This document shows, one piece after another, positions 9,985 through 20,067 of a DNA stretch of 64,000 nucleotides. The position numbers and the translations under genes are program-made. Every line of letters starts with the position of its first letter. The first letter of the stretch is position 1. The notes below the pieces were generated by a model that was not told the origin of the DNA, ran no database searches, and worked only from the letters and a program-made list of their open reading frames with translations. The DNA is taken from positions 2,112,001 through 2,176,000 of the forward strand of contig OZ244653.1 in the NCBI GenBank assembly GCA_965218795.1, in the 5' to 3' direction. This stretch comes from a bacterium (GTDB taxonomy: Bacteria > UBA8248 > JACPRG01 > G963555815).

Positions 9985-11280
9985 ATGGCAGACAAGACGC
10001 AAACCATCCGAGAAGATTTCCGAAAGTATCTGTTTTCCTGTATCCGTCCGTTCTACGAAAATCCGCTTGTGATCGAAAGGGGCCAGGGGTCCACCGTTGT
10101 CGACTCGGAAGGCCGCGAGTATCTCGACTTCTTCGGCGGGATTCTCGTCACGGGCATCGGCCATTGCCACCCCAAGGTGAAGGAACGCACGGTCGCCCAG
10201 ATCAACAAGGTTCAGCACACCTCCAACTTTTACGTGACCGAGCCGCCGGTCGCCCTTGCAAAGAAGCTGGCCGAGATCACGCCCGGCAAGCTTCAGAAAA
10301 CTTTTTTTACGAACAGCGGGAGTGAGGCCGACGAGACCGCCGTCCTCGTGGCCCGCTGCTACACGGGCAACTACGAGGTCGTCGCGATGCGCCACGGATA
10401 CGCCGGCCGGACAACCTTGGCCATGTCCATGATCGGCGATTCCCAATACCGCCTGCCGGGAGCCGGACTGGGCGCAGGCGTGGTCCAAGTGGCCAATCCC
10501 TACTGCTATCGCTGTCCATACGGCCTGACCTATCCCGAGTGTGAATTGCACTGCGCCCGCGACGTGGAGGAGGTCATCCGCACCTCGACAGTCGGCCGTA
10601 TCGCGGCATTCGTCGCAGAACCCATTCAGGGCGTGGGGGGGTTCATCGTCCCCCCCAAGGAGTATTTTCAGGTGGTGGCGGAAATCGTGCGCCGTTACGG
10701 CGGCATCTTCATCTCGGACGAGGTCCAGACGGGTTTCGGACGGACGGGCGGCAAAATGTTCGCCATCGAGCACTTCGACGTTGTGCCGGAGGTCATGACG
10801 ATGGCCAAGGCGCTGGGAAACGGGATGCCCATTGGCGCCACTATCGCCGCCCCCGAAGTGGCCGACAGCATCCAGGGCTTCTCCGTCTCCACGTACGGCG
10901 GAAATCCCGTTTCGACGGAAACGGCGCGGGCCGTGCTCGACGTCATCATCGACGAGGACTTGGTGAAGAACGCTCAGGAGGTCGGGGCGTTTCTACGCCA
11001 GAGGTTGGACGAAATGAAAGAACGGTTTCCCGTCATTGGCGACGTTCGCGGAATGGGCTTGATGCAGGGGATGGAATTGGTCGAGGAGGGAAAGGAACCC
11101 GCGCCCCATATCGTCAATCAAATCTTCGAGGAGACGCGCAAGCGGGGTCTCCTCATCGGCAAAGGCGGAACGCACGGAAACTTTATCCGGGTGACCCCGC
11201 CACTCAACGTGAGCCGGTCCGACGCGGAAGCCGGGATGAAAATCTTCGAGGAATCCTTTGAGGCCATTGCGGGAGCCTGA
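9985..11280 (+). CDS. Class-III PLP aminotransferase (AGXT2 / 4-aminobutyrate / beta-alanine aminotransferase-like)
   Basis: YLDFFGG, NSGSEA, AEPIQG, SDEVQTGFGRTG, TMAKALGNG (PLP lysine), STYGGNP. Confidence 0.92.
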   Translation: MADKTQTIREDFRKYLFSCIRPFYENPLVIERGQGSTVVDSEGREYLDFFGGILVTGIGHCHPKVKERTVAQINKVQHTSNFYVTEPPVALAKKLAEITPGKLQKTFFTNSGSEADETAVLVARCYTGNYEVVAMRHGYAGRTTLAMSMIGDSQYRLPGAGLGAGVVQVANPYCYRCPYGLTYPECELHCARDVEEVIRTSTVGRIAAFVAEPIQGVGGFIVPPKEYFQVVAEIVRRYGGIFISDEVQTGFGRTGGKMFAIEHFDVVPEVMTMAKALGNGMPIGATIAAPEVADSIQGFSVSTYGGNPVSTETARAVLDVIIDEDLVKNAQEVGAFLRQRLDEMKERFPVIGDVRGMGLMQGMELVEEGKEPAPHIVNQIFEETRKRGLLIGKGGTHGNFIRVTPPLNVSRSDAEAGMKIFEESFEAIAGA

Positions 11281-11414
11281 TGGGCCCGTGTCAGGTCGAG
11301 CTGAATCTTATCGGGCGGAACCCTGACCCTCACACGGATCCCGCTGGAGTTGAAGACCTGCGCCCGGAATGACTGCGAGTCATGGTCATCGAAGCAAAAT
11401 CCCAGGTTTTTCGC

Positions 11415-13673
11415 TCATGACAACGAGGCGCGGATCTTTTGTGCGGTGATGGGAAGGTCGCGAATGCGAACGCCCGTGGCATGGTAAACCGCATTGGCCA
11501 CGGCCGCCGCGGCCGGATCGATGGGCGCCTCCGAAGCCCCCTTGGCGCCGTAAGGCCCCAGCGGGTCGTTGGATTCAATCAGGATGGATTCCAGGTTGGA
11601 CGTGCTCTCCGCCTTGGGAAGCGGGTAATCGGCCAGGTTGCCGTTCAGGGCCTGCCCTTCCGAAAACAGGATTCCCTCCGTTAAGGCGTAACCGAGCCCC
11701 TGAACCAATGCCCCGTGCACCTGCCCTTCAGCCAAGAGCGGGTTCAGAATGAAACCCACGTCATCGGCGACCCATACGCCCAACAGAGCAATGGCTCCCG
11801 TCTCCATGTCTACCTCGACCTCTGCGGCGAGGGCGGTGAACTCATAGGACGGCGCGAAATTGCCGTAGAGGGCCTTATCCAGCACGAAATCGCTGGGCGG
11901 GTCGTAGACCCCCCGGCCCACCACCGGCTCGCCGTCTTTTCGAAGAAGGTGGGACTCGGCGGCCTCCCCCATCGAGATCCGTCGATCTGGCGCGTTCTTC
12001 ACGCACACAAAACCGTTTTCCAGGGTCAGGTCCTCCGGACGGGCCTCCAGCTTGTCGGCTGCGGCCTCCAGGAGCTGCCGCCGGGCGTCCTGCGCCGCCA
12101 GACGCGCCGCGTTCCCGCCGATCACAGTCAGCCGGCTCGCATAGGCTCCGAAGCTGAGCGGGCTATGCTCCGTATCGGCGCCCGAGACGGACACCTCGCG
12201 GATGCCCACGCCCAACTCCTCCGCCACGATTTGTGCGAGGACGGTCTGGGCGCCCTGGCCGATGTCGCCCTCTCCGAAAACGATGTGCGCGGCTCCCTCT
12301 GAGTTGATCTTGACCTCCATGCTGGAGCCGTCCCAATCGCCGTAGACCCGGGCGCCGCTGGTGTGGACGGCGGCGGCCAGACCGATGCCCCGGCGCCGGA
12401 CCTTGTCGTGCTTTTCCGCACGCTTGGCCTTCCAGCCGCAGCGCAGCATCACATCCCGAAGGCATTGGTCCAGAGCACAGGAGGCGAGCTTCCATCCGTG
12501 GACGGTCGTGTCTCCCGCTTGGACCGCGTTCTTCAGCCGAAGCTCGGCAGGATCCATGCCGACGGCTGCGGCCAGCAGATCGATGTGCTGCTCGACCGCA
12601 AACCCGACCTGTGGATTCCCGTACCCCCGAAAGGCGCCCTTGGGGATGGAATTCGTATACGCAAGCCGGCCCTCGGTTCGGATGTTTTTCATCCGGTAAT
12701 GGTTGTCCATCCGCATGATCCCGGCCCCAAGAATCCCGAGCGCCTCCCCCACATAGGCTCCCGCGTCGGCCAGGACCTGGCATGACTTGGCCGTGAAGGC
12801 GCCATCTTTTCGGATGCCCATCCTGAGCGTAATCGACATCGGAACCCGCGGACGGCCCGCCTGGAATTCCTCCGGCTTTGTATTCAGCAGCCTCACGGGC
12901 ACGCCGGTCTTTCGGGAAAGAAGCGCCGCGATCATGGGCAGCGGCTCATCCCGCTTCCCGCCGAAAGAGCCGCCGACCGTCGCCTGAATCACGCGGACGT
13001 TGGAAAGCGGGAGACCCAGGGCCTTGGCGACCCGCTTCTGGGAATAGAAGATCCCCTGGCAGGGAATCCAGAGGGTCACGCGTTCCCGTCCGTCCGCCTG
13101 GGCCAAGGCGCCCATCGGCTCCATGTAGGCCTGGGATGCGATGGACGTGCGGTAGGTTTCCTCAACGACCGCGTCCGCTTCGGCGAAGCCGGCGTCGGGG
13201 TCTCCCCGCGTGAATTCGATCTCCCCCGCCAGATTGCCCGATTCATGGACCCGGGACGCGCCTTCGCGGAGGGCCTCTTCCGGATCGAGGACAGCGGGGA
13301 GGGGCTCGTACTCCACGTCGATCAATTCCAGGGCGTCGAGGGCCGCCGCCTCGTCCACCGCGGCGACGGCCGCCACCTCTTGCCCGACGTACAGGACGCG
13401 GTCGACGGCCAGTATCGTCTGGTCATCGATGACCGTGCCCCAGCGGATGGAAGGGACATCGTCCCGGGTCAGGACCGCTTTGACGCCGGGCACCTTGAGG
13501 GCCCGTCCTGCATCGATGCGGACGATTCGCGCGTGCGGGTGCGGGCTCCTGAGGATCTTGGCGTGAAGCATCCGGGGCAGAGCCATATCCCCCACGTAGG
13601 GAGATGCTCCCCGGACTTTCAGAGGAGCATCGAGGGCCGGAGTCGGCTTTCCGATGACGGAGAAATCAGACAC
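11415..13673 (-). CDS. Xanthine dehydrogenase family Mo-binding subunit #2
   Basis: GTG start after GGAGG; GGSFGGK, AFRGYGNPQ, DIGQG, EGQVHG, GAKGASE. Confidence 0.92.
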   Translation of the reverse strand: MSDFSVIGKPTPALDAPLKVRGASPYVGDMALPRMLHAKILRSPHPHARIVRIDAGRALKVPGVKAVLTRDDVPSIRWGTVIDDQTILAVDRVLYVGQEVAAVAAVDEAAALDALELIDVEYEPLPAVLDPEEALREGASRVHESGNLAGEIEFTRGDPDAGFAEADAVVEETYRTSIASQAYMEPMGALAQADGRERVTLWIPCQGIFYSQKRVAKALGLPLSNVRVIQATVGGSFGGKRDEPLPMIAALLSRKTGVPVRLLNTKPEEFQAGRPRVPMSITLRMGIRKDGAFTAKSCQVLADAGAYVGEALGILGAGIMRMDNHYRMKNIRTEGRLAYTNSIPKGAFRGYGNPQVGFAVEQHIDLLAAAVGMDPAELRLKNAVQAGDTTVHGWKLASCALDQCLRDVMLRCGWKAKRAEKHDKVRRRGIGLAAAVHTSGARVYGDWDGSSMEVKINSEGAAHIVFGEGDIGQGAQTVLAQIVAEELGVGIREVSVSGADTEHSPLSFGAYASRLTVIGGNAARLAAQDARRQLLEAAADKLEARPEDLTLENGFVCVKNAPDRRISMGEAAESHLLRKDGEPVVGRGVYDPPSDFVLDKALYGNFAPSYEFTALAAEVEVDMETGAIALLGVWVADDVGFILNPLLAEGQVHGALVQGLGYALTEGILFSEGQALNGNLADYPLPKAESTSNLESILIESNDPLGPYGAKGASEAPIDPAAAAVANAVYHATGVRIRDLPITAQKIRASLS

Positions 13674-13705
13674 GCCTCCCTCCTCGAATCATTATCAAAG
13701 AGTAC

Positions 13706-13753
13706 AAAAAAGACGGGCCGGTGCGGGAGTCCATCAACCCGCGCGCCCGGCCC
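13706..13753 (-). terminator. Possible intrinsic terminator/attenuator between hydantoinase B and Mo subunit #2
   Basis: Minus-strand hairpin GGGCCGG...CCGGCCC followed by GTCTTTTTT. Confidence 0.4.
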
Positions 13754-13811
13754 CATCCCTTTCTGGTTCTTCTTCAGCGACCCGACAACCCGCTGGATGC
13801 CAAAGCGGGAC

Positions 13812-15608
13812 CTATCCCTTGGCCTTTCTCTCCGCCCGCAGTTTCTCCGTTGCATCCAGGTCCACCTCGAGCGTGTCTGGATCGACGACGACGCCGTAAT
13901 CCTCGGCCGCCTTGTCCATCGAGAGAAGCTCGTTGATGACATCTTCCCGCACTCGTTCCGGAGGCCGCTCCAGCGGGTCGCCGACACCGCCCCCGCCGCT
14001 GCACTTGGCCACAACGATGTCATCTTTGACATATTGGACCTGGGCACAGGTCCGGAAGGGAACTCTCTCGCCCTCCCGGATGAAGTAGAGGTCGTGATAA
14101 ATCGCGTCCTTCCCTCCCGCCTGGCCGAAGGGACGGAATTTCATGCCCGAGCTGGTCCCCGTATTCACGAATACCCGGCCTTCGTTTTCATTGATCATCT
14201 CGTAATGCGTACCGTAGCCGCCACGCCACCTGCCGGCTCCGGCGGAGTCGGGTAGATATCCGTATTCCAGGATGCGCCACGGGATCATCATTTCGGTGAT
14301 CTCGACGGTATTCTTGGTGACGCCTCCCGCAATGATGGGCGGGGTGACGTGCGGCCATCCGTCATGACCCCAAATCGCCCCGCTTCCGCCGTCCGGTCCA
14401 AAGGAGCAGAAATAGAACTTTTCGTAGAGCCCGGTCTCCTCGTTGAATTCCCGTCCGTCGTCCCCGAAGGTGATTAAGGACACGTGAGGGGCCCACATGG
14501 CGCTGACGCTTTGGGGCATCGCCTTGCCCAGGGCCATCTGAAGCGCTTCGATGAGCTCATCTCCCAAGTGGCAGTTGCACCCCCCGACCGTAGCGGGATA
14601 CTGCGCATTGACGCAGGTGTTCTCCGGGGCAATGATCTCGATGGGCCGGCAACTTCCCTCGTTGAACGTAATGTCCGGGTTCACGGACATCAAAATCGGG
14701 ATGTAGGTGCAGGCGTGGTTGACGGCCAACGGGGTGTTGACGAAGTCGACCAGCGGATCGCTGCCCGTCCAGTCGACCGTCATCTCATCGCCCTGGATGG
14801 TGACGTGGACCCTCACATAGACGGGCTTGTCCGTCGTACCGTCCCAATCACAGCCGCTTTCCCCGTAATACGTCCCGTCCGGCATGTTCGAGATCTCGGC
14901 CCGCATGGCCTGCTCGGAGGAATCCAGCAGGGTCTGCTGGCAGGCGAGAACCGTCTCTCTCCCCATCTTCTCGCAGAGCCGAAGAAGCTCTTCCTCCGCC
15001 CGCTTGGTCGCCCCCATCATGGCCATGTTGTCCATGGAGACCACGTCGGGCCAACGCACGTTGTTCAGAATGAAGTCATAGACGGGCTGCCGCTCGCCAC
15101 GCTCGTAGATCTTCGTATAGTCAATGCGGATGCCTTCGCTGTGGATATCGTATGCGCCGGGGTAGTACCCGCTCGGGAAGGCCCCGCCCGTGTCCTGCTG
15201 ATGCCCTTTCAACAGGGCGAAGAAGATCAACTCATCCTCGAAGAAGACCGGGCGGATAATGGACCAGTCGTTCAGATGCGAGCCGCCGGCCTGGAAAGGG
15301 TCGTTCGCCAGAAAGACATCCCCGGGGAAAATGTTGCCTCTGAAACGCTCAGCCAACGGGGAGACCTGAGACTTGGCGACGGCCACATGCAGGGGCATCC
15401 AGGATTTGATCGAGAGGAGCCGGCCCTCGGCGTCGAAGACCCCCGGGGAGAAATCATTGCACTCCATCAGGATAAAGCACTGCCCGGCATGCTTCAGGAC
15501 ATTACCCATCAAGTCACAGGTATAGAGGATCTTGTGCTGCAGGACGGCCGCGTCCATCGGATCGACTTGCATGGAAGCCGGTGCGGACTGTTCAGAGGCC
15601 ATATCCAC
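13812..15608 (-). CDS. Hydantoinase B / oxoprolinase family subunit (pair 1)
   Basis: GDVFLANDPFQAGGSHLND, HQQDTGG, EGIRI, DSAGAGRWRGG, SGGGGVGDPLER. Confidence 0.9.
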   Translation of the reverse strand: MDMASEQSAPASMQVDPMDAAVLQHKILYTCDLMGNVLKHAGQCFILMECNDFSPGVFDAEGRLLSIKSWMPLHVAVAKSQVSPLAERFRGNIFPGDVFLANDPFQAGGSHLNDWSIIRPVFFEDELIFFALLKGHQQDTGGAFPSGYYPGAYDIHSEGIRIDYTKIYERGERQPVYDFILNNVRWPDVVSMDNMAMMGATKRAEEELLRLCEKMGRETVLACQQTLLDSSEQAMRAEISNMPDGTYYGESGCDWDGTTDKPVYVRVHVTIQGDEMTVDWTGSDPLVDFVNTPLAVNHACTYIPILMSVNPDITFNEGSCRPIEIIAPENTCVNAQYPATVGGCNCHLGDELIEALQMALGKAMPQSVSAMWAPHVSLITFGDDGREFNEETGLYEKFYFCSFGPDGGSGAIWGHDGWPHVTPPIIAGGVTKNTVEITEMMIPWRILEYGYLPDSAGAGRWRGGYGTHYEMINENEGRVFVNTGTSSGMKFRPFGQAGGKDAIYHDLYFIREGERVPFRTCAQVQYVKDDIVVAKCSGGGGVGDPLERPPERVREDVINELLSMDKAAEDYGVVVDPDTLEVDLDATEKLRAERKAKG

Positions 15609-15667
15609 ATCTCCTTCCCATCCGGGGTTGGTTCGAATTCAATACGTTGAACTTCAATTCACCCCTC

Positions 15668-17746
15668 CTACAACGGCACTTCCACGATATAGTTTCCGAA
15701 GGGGTCGACTTCGCATGTGAAATCGGGGGGAACGACAATCGTTGTGAACGGCTCTTCGACAATCGCCGGACCCTCGAACCGATCCCCCGCGCACATTTTG
15801 CTCCCGTCGAAGATCTTCGTGTCTACGAATTCTTTCACCTCGTCGAAATAAACCTCTCGAGAGGGCCGCAATGCCCTTGATGGATCCGAGCTGTCCGAGG
15901 TCATCGGCTTCACCGAGGGTTTTTGGATCTTTCCGATGGCCGCCAGTTTGTAATTCAGCATCTCGGTCGGTTTGTCCTCGACGGAAAAGGCGTACAACTC
16001 GTGGTGAAGCTCATGGTAGCGCTCGACCACCCCCTCCAGGGTCTCGTCCGTGATCTCCCCTTCCGGGACGGGAACCTCGATCTCATAGAACTGCCCTCGA
16101 TACCGCATGTCGAGGGATCGGCGGAATTCCATGTTCGATTCAGAGACCCCTTCCTCCTGAAGTGTTTCCCTGCCGCGGTCTTCTATCTCCTGAAAGATGC
16201 TGTTGATTCGCTTTAAATCGGCTCCAAGCCGCGTCGTGTAGTAGGAATGAACGTAGTTGTGGCGGAGGTCGGAGAGGAGCATCCCGAACGCGCAATACGT
16301 GCTCGCGCCTTTGGGGGCGATCACATACGGGATCCGCATTTCCAGGGCGATGCTCGCCGCATGCGCAGGACCGAGCCCGCCGCCCATCAGCAGGTTGAAA
16401 TCGCGCACGTCATGGCCGCGCCGGTGAGCGGCGTTGGCCACCGCTCCGGCCACGATGGTGTTCGTGACCGCGTAGATGGCTCGGGCGGCCTCGGTCGTAT
16501 CCACCCCCAAGGGGTCCGCCACCTTCTTCCTGAGCGTCTCCTCGGCCTTCGACCGATCCAGATCCATTTCCCCGCCGAGAATCTGCTCGGAGGGAAGGAT
16601 CCCGAGGATCAGGTCGGCGTCCGTCACGGTAGGATCTTCGCCCCCGCGTCCGTAGGAGGCCGGCCCAGGCGTGGCGCCCGCGGATCGAGGGCCCACCCGA
16701 AGGATCCCGCCGGCGTCCAGCGAGGCGATGCTCCCGCCGCCGGCTCCGATATGGACGAGATCGATGGAAGGGCTGGCGTTCGTGTAATCCCCAATGCTCC
16801 TGTAAATCCCGCCCTGAGAGATCATGGGGATCTTCTTGCCCTCGATAAAGACGACGTCGCAGCTGGTCCCGCCCATGTCTACGCTGATCAAGTTCTCCTT
16901 TCGGGCCCCCTCGCCCACGGCCATGGCGGCCGGAACGCTCGCGGCCGGACCGGAGGACAAGCAGGTCACAGGCCGGCTGGCCGCTTCCTGCCAGGACTGG
17001 GTCCCGCCGTTGGACTGCATGATGAGCAGGGTGCCCTTGAACCCGATCTTCCGCAGGCCCCCATCCAGGGACTGGAGATATCTTCCCAGGCGGGGTCCCA
17101 CATAGGCGTCCAGCGCGGTGGTGCTGATCCGCTCGTACTCGCGAACCTGTGGAAGCACCTGACAGGAAAGACTGACGAAAGCCTCGGGCATCTCCTCCCG
17201 AATGATCTCTCCGACCTTTTTCTCATGATCGGGGTGAAGGAAGCTGTAGAGGAAGCAAACGGCGACGGCCTCCGCTCCCTTCTCCTTGAGCTTCCGGACG
17301 GCCGCGCGGGCCTCGTCCTCATCCAATGGCGTCAGGACTTCGCCCGTGTGAACCACCCGCTCGGGGACCTCCAGTCGCATGTGCCGGGGCGAGAGCGGGT
17401 TGGGGAAATCGGCGCGCCAGTCGAAGGTGTCTTCCTTCATCCCCCGGCGGAACTCGAGGATGTCCCGGAAGCCCTTCGTCGTGATGACTCCGGTCTCCGC
17501 GCCGGTCAGCGTGAGCACGGTATTGGTTGCAACGGTCGTCCCGTGAACGATCAGGTCCACTTCGCCCAAAAATGAATCGAGCGATTTTCCATAGGCCGCC
17601 GCGGCCTTCTCGATCCCCAGCATCACCCCACGGGAGAAATCGTCGGGCGTCGACGACTCCTTGAAGTCCCGAATTTCCCCGCTTTCGTCGATACAGACGA
17701 AATCCGTGAAGGTTCCACCGCAATCCACACCGATTCTCAACCCCAT
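15668..17746 (-). CDS. Hydantoinase A / oxoprolinase ATP-binding subunit (pair 1)
   Basis: Start moved to MGLRIGVDCGGTFTD (17746); HGTTVATN, SGPAA, DMGGTS, GAGGGSI, SAGATPGPA, TVTDAD. Confidence 0.92.
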   Translation of the reverse strand: MGLRIGVDCGGTFTDFVCIDESGEIRDFKESSTPDDFSRGVMLGIEKAAAAYGKSLDSFLGEVDLIVHGTTVATNTVLTLTGAETGVITTKGFRDILEFRRGMKEDTFDWRADFPNPLSPRHMRLEVPERVVHTGEVLTPLDEDEARAAVRKLKEKGAEAVAVCFLYSFLHPDHEKKVGEIIREEMPEAFVSLSCQVLPQVREYERISTTALDAYVGPRLGRYLQSLDGGLRKIGFKGTLLIMQSNGGTQSWQEAASRPVTCLSSGPAASVPAAMAVGEGARKENLISVDMGGTSCDVVFIEGKKIPMISQGGIYRSIGDYTNASPSIDLVHIGAGGGSIASLDAGGILRVGPRSAGATPGPASYGRGGEDPTVTDADLILGILPSEQILGGEMDLDRSKAEETLRKKVADPLGVDTTEAARAIYAVTNTIVAGAVANAAHRRGHDVRDFNLLMGGGLGPAHAASIALEMRIPYVIAPKGASTYCAFGMLLSDLRHNYVHSYYTTRLGADLKRINSIFQEIEDRGRETLQEEGVSESNMEFRRSLDMRYRGQFYEIEVPVPEGEITDETLEGVVERYHELHHELYAFSVEDKPTEMLNYKLAAIGKIQKPSVKPMTSDSSDPSRALRPSREVYFDEVKEFVDTKIFDGSKMCAGDRFEGPAIVEEPFTTIVVPPDFTCEVDPFGNYIVEVPL

Positions 17747-17980
17747 CTTTGTCCTCGCTTCAGTCGCTCTCAGTTTTTGTGTCCGTTCACACGGAGGAGA
17801 CGGACGCACTGGATCCAGACACTCCAATCCTCTGACGATTCGAACGTCCGGGTCCGAATTCGGCCAGAAGACCTACATCAGAACGTCATGATTCATCGGC
17901 GATTCGGTATCGACGTTTCCCGCATCTTTTCCTTCAGACCCCGGTGCCGTCTCGCAAATCAGCCCACAACGAAGACTGAG

Positions 17981-18010
17981 GAAAACCGGGCGGGCTCAAT
18001 GCCCGCCCGG
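17981..18010 (-). terminator. Intrinsic terminator after the BMP binding-protein gene
   Basis: Perfect 10-bp stem CCGGGCGGGC-N5-GCCCGCCCGG followed by TTTT on the minus strand. Confidence 0.6.
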
Positions 18011-18047
18011 AGACATTCCCCCAATCACCGTTCCGCTCGAGATACGG

Positions 18048-19055
18048 CTACTCTTTGACCTTATCCGACGTGTACGGGACCTTGATCTTCCCGCTCTTGA
18101 TATCGGCTTCGATCGACCGGACCCGCTTCGCCACAGCCGCCGGCACCTTCTTGCTGAAGGGGGCTATCCCCGCTCCGCCGTTGGGGATATTCACCAGGTA
18201 ATGCTTCTTCACCTTCTTGCCCGCCTTCATGTCCATGACGATCTGTTTCATGGCGGTGTGCCAGATGAACAGCGAGCTGCTGATGATCGTATCCGGCGCC
18301 ATCCGGCTCACGTCCATATAGGTTCCGATGGCGTATTTCCCGCGTTCCTCGGCCGCCTTGATGCCGCCGAAGCCCATCGGGCTGGCCGTCACGCCGATCA
18401 CATCCGCGCCCTGATCGATCAGAGCCAGACCGGCTTCCTTGGACTTTGACACGTCCATCCAGTCATTGATGAAAACCGACGACACCTTGATGTTGGGGTT
18501 GATCGACCGGGCGCCATAGATATACCCGTTGTGGTCGGCAATCTGCTGGGGGATGGGAAACCCTCCGATCACGCCGATCTTTCCGGTCTTGCTCATCAAC
18601 GCGGCCAAGGCTCCGCCCAGGTAGCCCGTCTCATGCGACTGGACACAATAGTTCACGATGTTGGCAGGGCCTTTTTCCGCTTGAAAGAAGCAGGCGACTC
18701 CGAAGATGGTGTTCGGAAATTCCTTCGCGAGCTTCATCGCAGGCGCGCCCCATTCATAGCCGTGGCCTAAAACGAGATTGTAGCCTTCAACCGCCCACCT
18801 TCTCAAGGACCTTTCCAAATCGGGGATCCCCACACGCTCCTGGGTGACAACCTCGGCGATTCCGGGATCCTTCTTCAGCTTCAAGACCGCCCGGTATCCC
18901 CCTTCATACCACCCCATGTCGTTCTGTGGCCCGTCGTTGCCCAGAGCCACTCGGATTTTCGTTTCGCCCGCCGCCGGGCCGGCCATGAGACCGCCAACAA
19001 GCATCAATATCAGAAAGCCTCCCAAAATTCCCTTGCACCAATCGCGAATCTTCAC
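18048..19055 (-). CDS. BMP (PnrA/TmpC-like) ABC substrate-binding protein, nucleoside/purine type
   Basis: Signal peptide; NDMGW, LVLGHGYEW, GYLGGALAALMSKTGKIGVIGG, GADVI. Confidence 0.88.
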   Translation of the reverse strand: MKIRDWCKGILGGFLILMLVGGLMAGPAAGETKIRVALGNDGPQNDMGWYEGGYRAVLKLKKDPGIAEVVTQERVGIPDLERSLRRWAVEGYNLVLGHGYEWGAPAMKLAKEFPNTIFGVACFFQAEKGPANIVNYCVQSHETGYLGGALAALMSKTGKIGVIGGFPIPQQIADHNGYIYGARSINPNIKVSSVFINDWMDVSKSKEAGLALIDQGADVIGVTASPMGFGGIKAAEERGKYAIGTYMDVSRMAPDTIISSSLFIWHTAMKQIVMDMKAGKKVKKHYLVNIPNGGAGIAPFSKKVPAAVAKRVRSIEADIKSGKIKVPYTSDKVKE

Positions 19056-19131
19056 CTTTCCCTCCTTTTCGGGTTTACGTTAACCTTCGCCCCTCGATTC
19101 AGTGAATTTCCCGTCTCCAAGAGCCCTCCAA

Positions 19132-20067
19132 TCATCGCTCTCCCCTCACGTACGGTATACAAAGCGCCGCGGGGAGTTGGGCGCTCCGAGAGACGCTCAT
19201 CAGGGCCAGGATCGTCGCCACATAGGGCAACATCGACAGAATTTGAAACGGGAGCGCAACCCCCGCCGCCTGGAAACGGAGTTGGAGTGCGTCCATTGCG
19301 CCGAACAGCAGGGCCCCGGCAAGCGCCCGCTTCGGGTCCCACCGGCCGAACACCACGCACGCAATGGCAATCCACCCCCGGCCGGCCGTCATCTCTTCCA
19401 CAAACAGGTGGATATGCCCCAAGGTCAGGAAAGCGCCCCCGAGCGAGGCCATCATCCCGCCAATCGCCAGACACGCATACCGCAGCCCCGGAACACTGAC
19501 GCCCACGTTATCAGGGGCTTCCGGATTTTCTCCCGCCGCGCGCACCTTTAAGCCGAACTCCGTCTTATACAAGACGAAAGCGGCGATGGGGGCTAGAAGA
19601 AGCGTGCCGTAGACCAGAAGGTTCTGCTTGAAGAGAACATCCCCCAGGAAGGGAATATCGCTCAGGTAGGGAATGGGGGCGGACATAAACCCTTTGACCT
19701 TCAGCGCGAAGGGAAGGCGTCCGTAGATCAGACGGAACAGAAAGGCCGATATCCCAATCAACGCGATATTGGCCGCCAGACCGGCGACGATCTGATCCAG
19801 ACGAAGCGTGACGTAGAGGACTCCGAGCGCCAATCCCATGAGGATGCCGAGGACGGCCGCCGCTCCCAGTCCGACCCAGGCATTTCTTGTCTGGTCGGCC
19901 CCCCAGTACGCCATGAACGCGCCCAGCAGCATCAGACCCTCGACCGCCAGGTTCAATACTCCGGAACGCTCGGCAAATATCTCCCCAAGCGCAGAGAGAA
20001 AGAGCGGCGTGGCCATACGAATGGCTGCCGCCAGAAAAGTCGCAATGATAACTTCATCAAGCCACAC
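19132..20067 (-). CDS. Nucleoside-type (CUT2) ABC permease 2
   Basis: ALGEIFAERSGVLNLAVEG, RAAGENPEA, AGRGWIAIACVVFGRW. Confidence 0.9.
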   Translation of the reverse strand: MWLDEVIIATFLAAAIRMATPLFLSALGEIFAERSGVLNLAVEGLMLLGAFMAYWGADQTRNAWVGLGAAAVLGILMGLALGVLYVTLRLDQIVAGLAANIALIGISAFLFRLIYGRLPFALKVKGFMSAPIPYLSDIPFLGDVLFKQNLLVYGTLLLAPIAAFVLYKTEFGLKVRAAGENPEAPDNVGVSVPGLRYACLAIGGMMASLGGAFLTLGHIHLFVEEMTAGRGWIAIACVVFGRWDPKRALAGALLFGAMDALQLRFQAAGVALPFQILSMLPYVATILALMSVSRSAQLPAALCIPYVRGER